Origin: Candidatus Thorarchaeota archaeon
GTDB lineage: Archaea; Asgardarchaeota; Thorarchaeia; Thorarchaeales; Thorarchaeaceae
Assembly: GCA_008080745.1 (NCBI GenBank)
Contig: SHMX01000003.1
Span: 1-32,000 of the forward strand
Reading direction: 5' to 3'
DNA length: 32,000 nucleotides
The translations under genes and the position numbers were made by a program. Positions within the stretch are counted from its first letter, which is position 1. Every line of letters starts with the position of its first letter. The notes below the pieces were generated by a model. It searched no databases, was not told where the DNA came from, and saw only the letters and a program-made list of their open reading frames with translations. Shown here in pieces: positions 8,801 to 16,576 of the stretch.

Positions 8801-11800
8801 AAAGAAGCCATTTCAAAGACAAGAAATCCAAGCCCGACCAACACTGGATCACGAAGTATTGATAACAGGTTCCAAAATATGACAGCCAGAGTGAGAGTGA
8901 TAACAAGAGTGTAACTCACGATGATTCTTTTTTCACGAGGTACAAAGAAAGCTCCTAATAGAATGGTTTCGATTGATAACAATATAATTTTTGAAAGGAT
9001 ATCAATTGGTAGTAGATATATTCCTAGAACAGTCGAAGCGGTTATAGTGGCTATGAATGCAGGAATGACTGAACCAGATATATGTATTTCAGAGGATCCC
9101 AACATAGAGAAAAGTGATACTAAGCAAACCCAACCAAGAATGGCGACAATAGGATCGGGAGGGTTCATGTAGGTTATAATTTCAAAACTGATAGTCCCTA
9201 CAAACAATAGAAACACTCCAGTCAACAAAGACGGATATTGTTCCTTTTTGATATGAAGAATGGGAATCCACAAAATAGTGAATAACACCATATACAATGA
9301 ACCTATTATTAGAATATCAAAACCCATCTGCAGAAGAGAAGTATAGGTAGAAGATGCCACATAATATGTTAGACCAAAGAATACGGCACCGAAGAAAGGT
9401 ACAGCGTTACGATTTATGAATTTCACAATTTGCTTTATCCCAACTAAAATAGTTGTGCCAATAGTCTGTAATGTTCTAATGTAGAGAGAATATGCGTATG
9501 GAATCGGAGCTAAAATACAGACTAATCCACTTAGTATTAGGTCAAGAGTAATCATGTATGTGAATAATACTGCAGGAATAGCTGAGAGACCTATATACAT
9601 TCCACCTACTACCCTCTTTGGTAATCCGATAACTCTGTAACCTGTAGCCCCAATCCCCGAAGCTATAGAGGTTAGAAGAATAGCATGAATTGTGCTCATT
9701 AAGGGCGATACTAATAGATAAAATTCGTTGGTCACTGCAGCCAATATCAGTGAATATCCAATAACTGGTAATGCAGTAGAGATACTCTCAGAGAACTCAT
9801 TTCTTCCCAAGAGGAGTATACCCATTGAACTAATGGATGCTATCAGTATTTGACTAATAGGATTGACGAGTGCTACGTAGGTGTAGACTAATCCACCTGT
9901 AGCTATAGATAGACCAACGACTGAAGCCTGTGTGAGTATTGGAGATGGACGGTCTATTTTTACCAGCATCCCGAGATAGAGTATGAAGAAGCAACAGCCG
10001 AGAACGAATGCAGTTGGTATGAAAGACATTCCAAGATAGGGTATTAGCACTCCATAACCAAGAGACAAGCAGAGAAAAATCGAAAAAACTGCCCAGGATA
10101 TAAAAATGAACTTGAGCAAAATTTGTCCAGCAACAACAGCAGCATCATAAGCAACCTTACCGGCCTTGGTAAATCCGTTCTTGATGGTGGAACCAATCCA
10201 TCCCAAACCTCTGCGGATTACAGAAATAATTCTAACAACACCATTTTTGATTTTATTCCCAACTAAAATTAGACCCGCATGTATCCATCTTCCGAAACGT
10301 ATCCCAGCCCCTATGAGAATATGTCCAACTCGGATATAGCCGGGATGTGCTACCGGAATTGGGAGAAGAACCAAAGCTACAATGATGACAAGAGGACTGA
10401 TTATTGATAGATATGTTGCTTGAATATTCCATGATATCCAGAGACCTCCAACGAATCCTGGAAGATATGGAATGGAAGTTTTTCTTAGTGAGACCCCATT
10501 CTTCTGAAGTGCACTAGTAGCCAACATCAAGAGAAGAGCAATTGGCAATGCCTCTCCAATATTCATCGCAATAGGACCGATTAGATACCACAGTATTAGG
10601 GCAGAAAGACTGGCCAGAAAACAGACTGATCCAATACTAAGGAGCTGACCTCTTCTCTTCAACTTAGTGAGAGCCCCGACACCCAGAGTTCCACAACCTG
10701 CAAAAATCACACCAGATAACGCCGCTAACCCCATAAAGGGATGATTGAAACTTAGAAATAGAGGATAGAGAAGGTATGCAATTGTACCAGTGAAGATTAC
10801 ATTAAGTGCAGTTCCAGATATTAGAATGTGCTGCTTAACCCAATATTTCATTCTTCGAAAGGCATTTGTGAAAGATTCCCAAATAGTACGAAAAACCCTT
10901 CGTACTCTTTTGAAAAGTCCCGTTATACCTGCTAAGAAAGTCATTGATGAAAACGAAATAGATAGAGCTATTGGAAACAAGTAAAATTGAGTCCATAAGT
11001 ATAGTGATAATGCTGCAGTGATTACCACCATAGTGCCAAATATTCGTACTATAATTCCTTCAAAGCTTCGTTTTAGAGTACCACCTAATCTCAGATATAC
11101 GGGAAATGGCATCAGAATCAGAAGTGAAATCATAATGCTAAGTGGAGCGAACAACGGAATGAACTGGGATACCAATCCCCAACTAGTCTGAGATGTTAGG
11201 AAAATAAAAACTGTAGGAGTTCCCAATGCTATCAATAGTAGACCAAATGCAGCTAAAATTTGGGCTAGTTCCACATCAATAATCCATTCTGCAGCTTCCA
11301 TTTTGATGTGCAAAGGATCTTCTTTAGTTGTATGAGTCTCAGCATGTGGTTCAAAATTACCTTCTTTAACCAAACTGCTGTTGGAAACGATTGGAGGTGT
11401 CATGGGAATTTGGGAGATTACCCGTAATTGAAAACGACGTAGAATCCTAGTTGTAGCTAGTAAGCTTAGACCCGTTCCCATCGAGAAGACAGACAGGTAC
11501 AATAGCAAGTCTATCATAGGATATAGAACTCGTGATTGTTCTACTAGAATCAGACCAAGACCTACGGAAAGTATCACACTAATAATGGGTCCTAATATTT
11601 TGTTTCGAAGAACTACCTGTGTAATCAAGAGGTATGCGCTTAGCGTAATCAGAGCCAAGAAAACACTATGAAGGGGGCTAAATAGGTTGAAAGTTAGAAT
11701 GTAGACGAATAAAGGCCCAGTGAGAACGATTAGGATTCCTAACCCCTTCTGAATGTTCAACCAAGTTGATTCTGTTAGATTTTCATTCCGATTTAAACTG

Positions 11801-12150
11801 GTAGAAACAACCAAAGTCATCCCTAGTAGGACGTGAAGTCCAAGAGCTATTGTAGCAAAAGAAGATATTGTCATGTATGCAGCTATACATGCCATACCTG
11901 AACCAGCTAAAACAGCCACTGAACCAATATATCGATGATTAATTCGATTCAGTAATAGTCCAGCTAACATTACTCCTACCGAGAGCGACACTAACATCCG
12001 TATAGAGTAGTCACTGATAATAGGTACAGTAATGAAAAATGTAGCTAAAAGTACCGCAAGGGGTACAATAATTACCAATATTATGAACCTTAATACCGCT
12101 AGTAAGAGATCGGCCAACCTAGCGGCGCGTACTGTTCGATGGTCGTCCAT
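5863..12150 (-). CDS. Giant (2095 aa) polytopic membrane protein of unknown function
   Basis: Uninterrupted 6.3-kb ORF made almost entirely of hydrophobic helices (well over 40 by eye) with short loops. GAGG precedes the ATG. No catalytic motif recognised. Confidence 0.85.
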   Translation of the reverse strand: MDDHRTVRAARLADLLLAVLRFIILVIIVPLAVLLATFFITVPIISDYSIRMLVSLSVGVMLAGLLLNRINHRYIGSVAVLAGSGMACIAAYMTISSFATIALGLHVLLGMTLVVSTSLNRNENLTESTWLNIQKGLGILIVLTGPLFVYILTFNLFSPLHSVFLALITLSAYLLITQVVLRNKILGPIISVILSVGLGLILVEQSRVLYPMIDLLLYLSVFSMGTGLSLLATTRILRRFQLRVISQIPMTPPIVSNSSLVKEGNFEPHAETHTTKEDPLHIKMEAAEWIIDVELAQILAAFGLLLIALGTPTVFIFLTSQTSWGLVSQFIPLFAPLSIMISLLILMPFPVYLRLGGTLKRSFEGIIVRIFGTMVVITAALSLYLWTQFYLFPIALSISFSSMTFLAGITGLFKRVRRVFRTIWESFTNAFRRMKYWVKQHILISGTALNVIFTGTIAYLLYPLFLSFNHPFMGLAALSGVIFAGCGTLGVGALTKLKRRGQLLSIGSVCFLASLSALILWYLIGPIAMNIGEALPIALLLMLATSALQKNGVSLRKTSIPYLPGFVGGLWISWNIQATYLSIISPLVIIVALVLLPIPVAHPGYIRVGHILIGAGIRFGRWIHAGLILVGNKIKNGVVRIISVIRRGLGWIGSTIKNGFTKAGKVAYDAAVVAGQILLKFIFISWAVFSIFLCLSLGYGVLIPYLGMSFIPTAFVLGCCFFILYLGMLVKIDRPSPILTQASVVGLSIATGGLVYTYVALVNPISQILIASISSMGILLLGRNEFSESISTALPVIGYSLILAAVTNEFYLLVSPLMSTIHAILLTSIASGIGATGYRVIGLPKRVVGGMYIGLSAIPAVLFTYMITLDLILSGLVCILAPIPYAYSLYIRTLQTIGTTILVGIKQIVKFINRNAVPFFGAVFFGLTYYVASSTYTSLLQMGFDILIIGSLYMVLFTILWIPILHIKKEQYPSLLTGVFLLFVGTISFEIITYMNPPDPIVAILGWVCLVSLFSMLGSSEIHISGSVIPAFIATITASTVLGIYLLPIDILSKIILLSIETILLGAFFVPREKRIIVSYTLVITLTLAVIFWNLLSILRDPVLVGLGFLVFEMASLSMPKELRKSYTWWGFSILVGLGMYYLLQGFGIFAVLASVLVVSELIRITPSKDNDLSNLSIAFSLVRSSILAVGTGLLILPVSLVLSIEVAAFVFILMNLLSIWSELSDLILVGSINGVAILSSIAIFHFFYDILLAPFGISLYISAIPVLLILLDVSLVEKYHTIGWGLFGITLSTLVSLVWYLLGISSSPILFITTWTTTFLLTQIRPIGQDMKSGIVVQSFVVSSIIWLESIWISYSYPILPFTGVVAGAAGLSLLSLFGLYLHSVKWENFSHIWEIQTGITSILLAAYITGWEYTTLIPPANISGTLGVSLFLMSLLTTPVFLKYESQLRTHSNSSAGHMTLLPGIAGAALLTYSAGSYLEWNPIFGLFATSAVLCIGSGLYYLTLPEQPSWMPSALNLGFASSMAGLFWLARFSLEPVSYAIWTFAFWYILAIPSLIDPTIRFIEHSADFIRRNIFFFSSTIPPILGILIATALFSNTSGGLVLGLNIRSTIGFIATIYLITGILYLVANTILSLEDGIRLRTPSGVLFVFGLYQAILYFVIPDIFTDILSLGYQVGAVVVLSCVISYPVFSFNHLESMKKTAHWLISFTLIPTVSIGTLLFTTINIAYSIIAGLVVGLMVMAPLIPNQIQRIINVVKNLGSLLGQLLRDFTGTLRYLFDRFGYIMWGVFSSAFTITIAVFSFPFFSELVAMPPTGSLYVVPSISLPMSILGMMLLVIAIIRRQVKTSFGSVSLFLISIGLGATTASWLTEYGEFLLAGSLGILALSIAGLVVISEADKTQKWRTIFWVPIPAALGVILLDRLLIAAVTLDIQILVFTLSVLATSVLYTISTSLGYLPKKLGNPLWITKSISLGVIVYIASQLATFSLVASGYLTIVMASIVLFPVIGKDSKYVFFSLLFFGVTGFAYTSVFGIFLQSLMLALAVSFLFFALFIREKEKDNPNLVYLRLVVLIALVASIAIFGGTIALGLMVS

Positions 12151-12405
12151 CCTCTATCATCGCCTCTCTCATTGATTCGATGTGAATTCAATGCGTGCGT
12201 GCTCCTCAAGCCTCGAACCAATGAGCAAGTAAACATTTTGCGCGACTGCTTATAACCTAATATTGATTGTTTGGGGGTTTTTACTAGATGAAATGCGCAA
12301 ATGGTATTGCACAAACTTTGAACTAGGTAGTTGATAAAAATATCCACAGGACAGATTTATCTCTTTTGAAGAACAAAATAGTATGTACGCTTTGAGGGAA
12401 AAACC

Positions 12406-12906
12406 GTGCCAGAAAAAGTTCAATGCCGATATTGTGGCAAAGAAAACAAAGCTGATGAGACAATATGTGTCCATTGTGGAGCAGGACTCTCTGATGCATT
12501 CAAGAAAGTATTTTGTGATCGATGTGGAGTACCATTATCAGAAGACATAGACCCATTTGGTAAATGTGTAGAATGTCAAAAACCAGTATATCTTTGTGAA
12601 AAACACAAGAAGAAGGTAGTTGGTGAAGAAGTTTACTGCAAGGAACATGAATCTGAATGTTTCATAGCCACTGCAGTTATTGGTACACCACTCGACCCAC
12701 ATATAGACCTTCTAAGGGATTTCCGTGACGAATGGCTCCAATCAAACCCACTAGGCCGGGCAGCGGTCTATACATATTATGAAATTTCGCCACCTATAGC
12801 CAACGCAATTAGACACAATTCAATTCTTCGCCGAGTTTTCAGAAGGGTAGTAGTTGAACCTGCATTGTCAATTGCAAAGACTATTCTTGGAAGAGAAGAA
12901 ACTTAA
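12406..12906 (+). CDS. Zinc-ribbon protein with C-terminal CFI-box-CTERM-like domain
   Basis: CRYC/CVHC, CDRC/CVEC and CEKH/CKEH pairs, followed by CFIATAVIGTPLDPHIDLLRDFRDEWL...GRAAVYTYYEISPPIA. GTG start with a GAGGG RBS. Confidence 0.82.
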   Translation: MPEKVQCRYCGKENKADETICVHCGAGLSDAFKKVFCDRCGVPLSEDIDPFGKCVECQKPVYLCEKHKKKVVGEEVYCKEHESECFIATAVIGTPLDPHIDLLRDFRDEWLQSNPLGRAAVYTYYEISPPIANAIRHNSILRRVFRRVVVEPALSIAKTILGREET

Positions 12907-12941
12907 AGACTAAACAAGTACCGGGTATTTGAGCGATTCAA

Positions 12942-13805
12942 ATGAGAGATAAGAAAGAATCTCTACCATATCCTCTAGTAGTTCTTACAGGAAGGATGAG
13001 ACTAAGTGGTCTTTCCTGGGTGTTAGCTGAGAGTATAACTCAACAGATTAGAAAAAAGAATCCTGATGACTTGATTCAGACCTGTATAGATCATATAACT
13101 CCATTCTCTACTGAAGCTGCAGAACGATTCGAATTTCTCTCCGAATTCAGTAATTCAAGAAAGGAAGATATTCCCTCGATTATTCTCTCACTTGAAGGAG
13201 CTTCTGCTACTGGAAAATCAATTCTTTCAATGGGTATGATTCGTGCCCTTTCGGCATCGAGAATCGTTAGCACTGATACTATTCGACAAGTCCTACGAGC
13301 TAAAGGTTCCGTCGAAAAACATCCTGAACTCTATTGTCACACGTATCAAGCTCATAGGCATAAACAAGTAGGAGATGAAGAACTTAATCCAGTAGTAAGA
13401 GGTTTCCTCGCTCAATGTGAGCAAATTACACCAACAATTCGTAAATTAGTGAAACGTCTTACCAATGAAGGAACAACTGGTCTCATTGAAGGAGTGCATA
13501 TCATACCAGGAACACTGCAGGAGATTGCTGAGGGAGTGCTAGAGATACTGATTCATCCACCTGAATTCGTCCATCGTGATATGTTCCTCTCAAAGGGAAC
13601 TGACACTAAATTGAAGACAGTTTCAAAAGACGAGTCAATTCGGCTGAGTGAGTATGAAGCAACTAGGAAAATTCAGAACTTCATGCTAGATAGAGCACAA
13701 GTACACGAATGTGCTATTATAGAGATGAAAGACTTCGATGAAGCGGAATCAGCTATATGTGACCTTGTGGTTTCAAAGGTTTCAGAAATAATAATGAAAG
13801 AATAG
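12942..13805 (+). CDS. pgk2: 2-phosphoglycerate kinase-like P-loop kinase
   Basis: Degenerate ATP-cone-like N-terminus, Walker A LEGASATGKS, STDTIRQVLR and IEGVHIIPG, matching the archaeal 2-PGK pattern. Substrate specificity is not proven. Confidence 0.72.
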   Translation: MRDKKESLPYPLVVLTGRMRLSGLSWVLAESITQQIRKKNPDDLIQTCIDHITPFSTEAAERFEFLSEFSNSRKEDIPSIILSLEGASATGKSILSMGMIRALSASRIVSTDTIRQVLRAKGSVEKHPELYCHTYQAHRHKQVGDEELNPVVRGFLAQCEQITPTIRKLVKRLTNEGTTGLIEGVHIIPGTLQEIAEGVLEILIHPPEFVHRDMFLSKGTDTKLKTVSKDESIRLSEYEATRKIQNFMLDRAQVHECAIIEMKDFDEAESAICDLVVSKVSEIIMKE

Positions 13806-13862
13806 CTCATGTGGGCAATCTTATCAAGGATTTTGTTGCCGAAGCAGATGAGGTCTAGAAAG

Positions 13863-15269
13863 TTGAGTTGGAAAAACGAGTCCTTGGACAAGTTATTCAA
13901 TGCACAATCAATCGCAGTAATTGGTGCCTCGGATAAATCAGAGAAACTTGGAGCACTCACTCTTAAGTGTCTTGAAGAGTTTCAGGGTGAAGTATATCCT
14001 GTAAATCCACGACTAGAAAATATTGGAGAAATGAAGTGTTATCCAAGTGTTACTGCTATTGAAAATCAGGTGGATATGGCAATCATATGCCTTGGAGCAC
14101 ATCATATTATTCGGACACTTGAAGAGTGTATCGAGGCAGGTGTACGAAGTGCTATAATATTCTCTGCAGGTTTCAAAGAATTAGGATCAGAAGGAGAAGA
14201 GCTGCAGGAAAGAGTTAGAGAAACAGCTGACAGAGGGAAGATTGCTGTAATAGGACCCAATTGTCTTGGAGCGGGAAACGTGAGAGCAGACCTCAATGCA
14301 ACCTTCTTTCCGCATCCCATTCCTCCACGAAAAGGAAAGGTATCCTTTGTAAGTCAGAGCGGAGGAGTGGTGAGCTTGATACTGTACCGATCTGCAGATT
14401 CTAATCTTGGTATATCAAAATTCGCTAGTGTTGGGAATCGTGTTAATATCGACTTTCATGACCTAATCAAATATTACCGAAATGATCCAGAAACTGATGT
14501 AATTGGATTATTTGTTGAGGGGACTGGACATGCACGTGAGATGGCCGAAGAGATTGCAAAGACAACACCGAAGAAACCAGTTGTAGTCTTCAAAGTCGGT
14601 AAGACACCAACTTCCAAACAAGCTGCTCTAAGCCACACTGGGAGTCTCGCAGGAAATGCCGACCTCTATTCAGCGGCAATCAAACAGTCAGAGGGGCTCG
14701 AAGTTGAAAGTATTCAAGAAATGATTGATGCGGTTAGTGTACTATCGATATGTAGGACGAGACCAAAAGGAAAACGTGTCGCAGTAATAACTCATAGCCT
14801 AGGAATTGCCCTGATTGCTGCGCAGACATTGGAGCTACATGGTGCTGAATTACCATTGCCAGATGATGAAACTGTGCAGGTTGTTCAAAAACTACTAGAC
14901 ATGCCAGTAGAGATACCAATTAAAAACCCAATAGATCTTCTTGCAAAAGGATGGGCAGAACCGCGTGTATTTGCTGAAGCTTTCAAACATGTCGTGCAAT
15001 CAGATACGTATGATGCTGTTCTGACTGTTTTTTCACCGAACTATCAAGAGGGAATCGGTGGCGGGATGCCCGTTACGGATGTTGTCGAAGCCGCTAAGAA
15101 AGCAGGAAAACCAGTGGTAAGTGTCCTGAATTCCCCAGCAGATCGAAAGCCCCCTGGAAGAGAAGAGCTTGAAGAAGGGGGAATACCTTTCTTTGCAAGT
15201 CCTCAAAGGGCAGGGAGAGCATTAGCAACCGTGCTTAGGTTAGCAGATCGACATAAGACACAAGTCTAG
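13863..15269 (+). CDS. ADP-forming acetate/acyl-CoA ligase alpha subunit (CoA-binding plus ligase domains, no ATP-grasp)
   Basis: SIAVIGAS, YPVNP, IGPNCLG, SQSGG, FASVGN and phospho-His motif SHTGSLAG. Preferred start is TTG 13863 (GAGGT RBS at 13850-13854); the ORF track gives 13809. Confidence 0.9.
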   Translation: MSWKNESLDKLFNAQSIAVIGASDKSEKLGALTLKCLEEFQGEVYPVNPRLENIGEMKCYPSVTAIENQVDMAIICLGAHHIIRTLEECIEAGVRSAIIFSAGFKELGSEGEELQERVRETADRGKIAVIGPNCLGAGNVRADLNATFFPHPIPPRKGKVSFVSQSGGVVSLILYRSADSNLGISKFASVGNRVNIDFHDLIKYYRNDPETDVIGLFVEGTGHAREMAEEIAKTTPKKPVVVFKVGKTPTSKQAALSHTGSLAGNADLYSAAIKQSEGLEVESIQEMIDAVSVLSICRTRPKGKRVAVITHSLGIALIAAQTLELHGAELPLPDDETVQVVQKLLDMPVEIPIKNPIDLLAKGWAEPRVFAEAFKHVVQSDTYDAVLTVFSPNYQEGIGGGMPVTDVVEAAKKAGKPVVSVLNSPADRKPPGREELEEGGIPFFASPQRAGRALATVLRLADRHKTQV

Positions 15270-15310
15270 AAATTCATATAGGTAATCATCATTATACGAG
15301 TGTGTTCAAA

Positions 15311-15970
15311 ATGGTAGACTCTGAGGATTGTGCACTAGGATGCGATGATAAACCAAATCCAGGCATCATAGATAGATTGGAGGATGAACTGCAACTCACT
15401 CATCGATATGAAATTGTACGCAGACACATTGCAATGGATGTGTTTTCAGGAATCCTTCCACTTCTGGGAATTCTCATGGCAGGGATTATAGCTGCTCACG
15501 CACAAGAGAGCTTTTTAGTATTTGAAACCACAATCTTAGCTGCTGTTGGTACAGGTATCGCACACTTTTTCGCAGGTTTTAGCTCAGCATATTTGACTGA
15601 AACTGCAGAAGGAAAAGTCCTGATAGAAGAACTTGAGAAACAACATGTGCCTCTTTCTCACGATAGAATTGTCGCTATAGAACACGAAACAACCCTTCTG
15701 ATTTCAGTCATGAATGGAATAGTTCCATCGGGGTCTGTGTTTATCACATCAATCCCAATGATCCTATCTGCTGCTGGAGTCTTCCCACACCTCTACCTTG
15801 AGTCAATGTACGCATCTGTTGGAGTTGGATTCCTTCTTCTGCTCATTGTGGGAATCTATCTGGGTTTTATAGCTCGTGACAATATCTGGATTTATGTTGT
15901 TAGAACAATGGCAGCGGGGGGTCTCACTATATTTCTCTTGATGATAGTATCCTTAATTACAGGAGCTTGA
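15311..15970 (+). CDS. VIT1/CCC1-family (archaeal type) membrane protein, divergent
   Basis: RRHIAMDVFSGILPLLG...AYLTETAEGK...ELEK, followed by three C-terminal TM helices ending LGIYLGFIARDNIW. Start is ATG 15311 or GTG 15302. Confidence 0.65.
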   Translation: MVDSEDCALGCDDKPNPGIIDRLEDELQLTHRYEIVRRHIAMDVFSGILPLLGILMAGIIAAHAQESFLVFETTILAAVGTGIAHFFAGFSSAYLTETAEGKVLIEELEKQHVPLSHDRIVAIEHETTLLISVMNGIVPSGSVFITSIPMILSAAGVFPHLYLESMYASVGVGFLLLLIVGIYLGFIARDNIWIYVVRTMAAGGLTIFLLMIVSLITGA

Positions 15971-16021
15971 ATCTTAAGTAAAATAGATGGGAATGGAGCA
16001 GTAGTCCATAAAAAATGATAA

Positions 16022-16043
16022 GCCTAGAAGGTCTAGGCCTTTT
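16022..16043. terminator. Inverted repeat between convergent genes; possible bidirectional terminator
   Basis: GCCTAGA-AGG-TCTAGGC (16022-16038), followed by CTTTT on the + strand and by a T6 run a few nt later on the - strand. Confidence 0.55.
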
Positions 16044-16051
16044 GATTCATC

Positions 16052-16423
16052 TTATCGGTTGAAACGCCTTTTGATATTTTCCTGATTTAGGTAAATCAGT
16101 ATAATTATACTGATTATTACACCGCCCCAATTCTGCCCAGCAATTCCAATTATGATACTGATGATATTTATAATAAATGCCCACTGCCATGCCCATTCTT
16201 CCAAGTTTAAAAGACCATTCCCAACATAGAATGAAACTAAACCTAGAATAAGAAGCAGACCACCAATAATCCAACCAATGATTGGAATTATCATTATGAG
16301 AGCACCAACTACGACCATGAACACTCCTGCAATAACTTGAAGGAATCCGAGAATGGTAATTCCCAATGGTCTATCATCAGAGGTGTGGTATTCTCTGTCC
16401 TCAGGCATAGGAATCTCTGACAT
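16052..16423 (-). CDS. Small multi-pass membrane protein (RPLGITIL...WAW...IYL..F type, function unknown)
   Basis: About four hydrophobic segments, GGAG RBS and a TATA-like TTTTAAAA upstream. Confidence 0.8.
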   Translation of the reverse strand: MSEIPMPEDREYHTSDDRPLGITILGFLQVIAGVFMVVVGALIMIIPIIGWIIGGLLLILGLVSFYVGNGLLNLEEWAWQWAFIINIISIIIGIAGQNWGGVIISIIILIYLNQENIKRRFNR

Positions 16424-16576
16424 TTTGTATTATCTCCAATGATAAGTATACTATACTTTGTTTTTAAAACAAACTGAAATGTCCAAGATGTCAAATTATA
16501 GGATACTTAGTATTTTGGATTAGATAAGCCAAAGATATAATTGCAGATGGTGATATTCATACGGGAGGTTTTCTAG

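Noticed and set aside
12099-12474. ORFs 12099-12347 and 12250-12474 in the divergent promoter region
   Set aside because: They overlap neighbouring starts and promoter-like elements (TTATAAG at about 12250-12256) and show no recognisable protein features.
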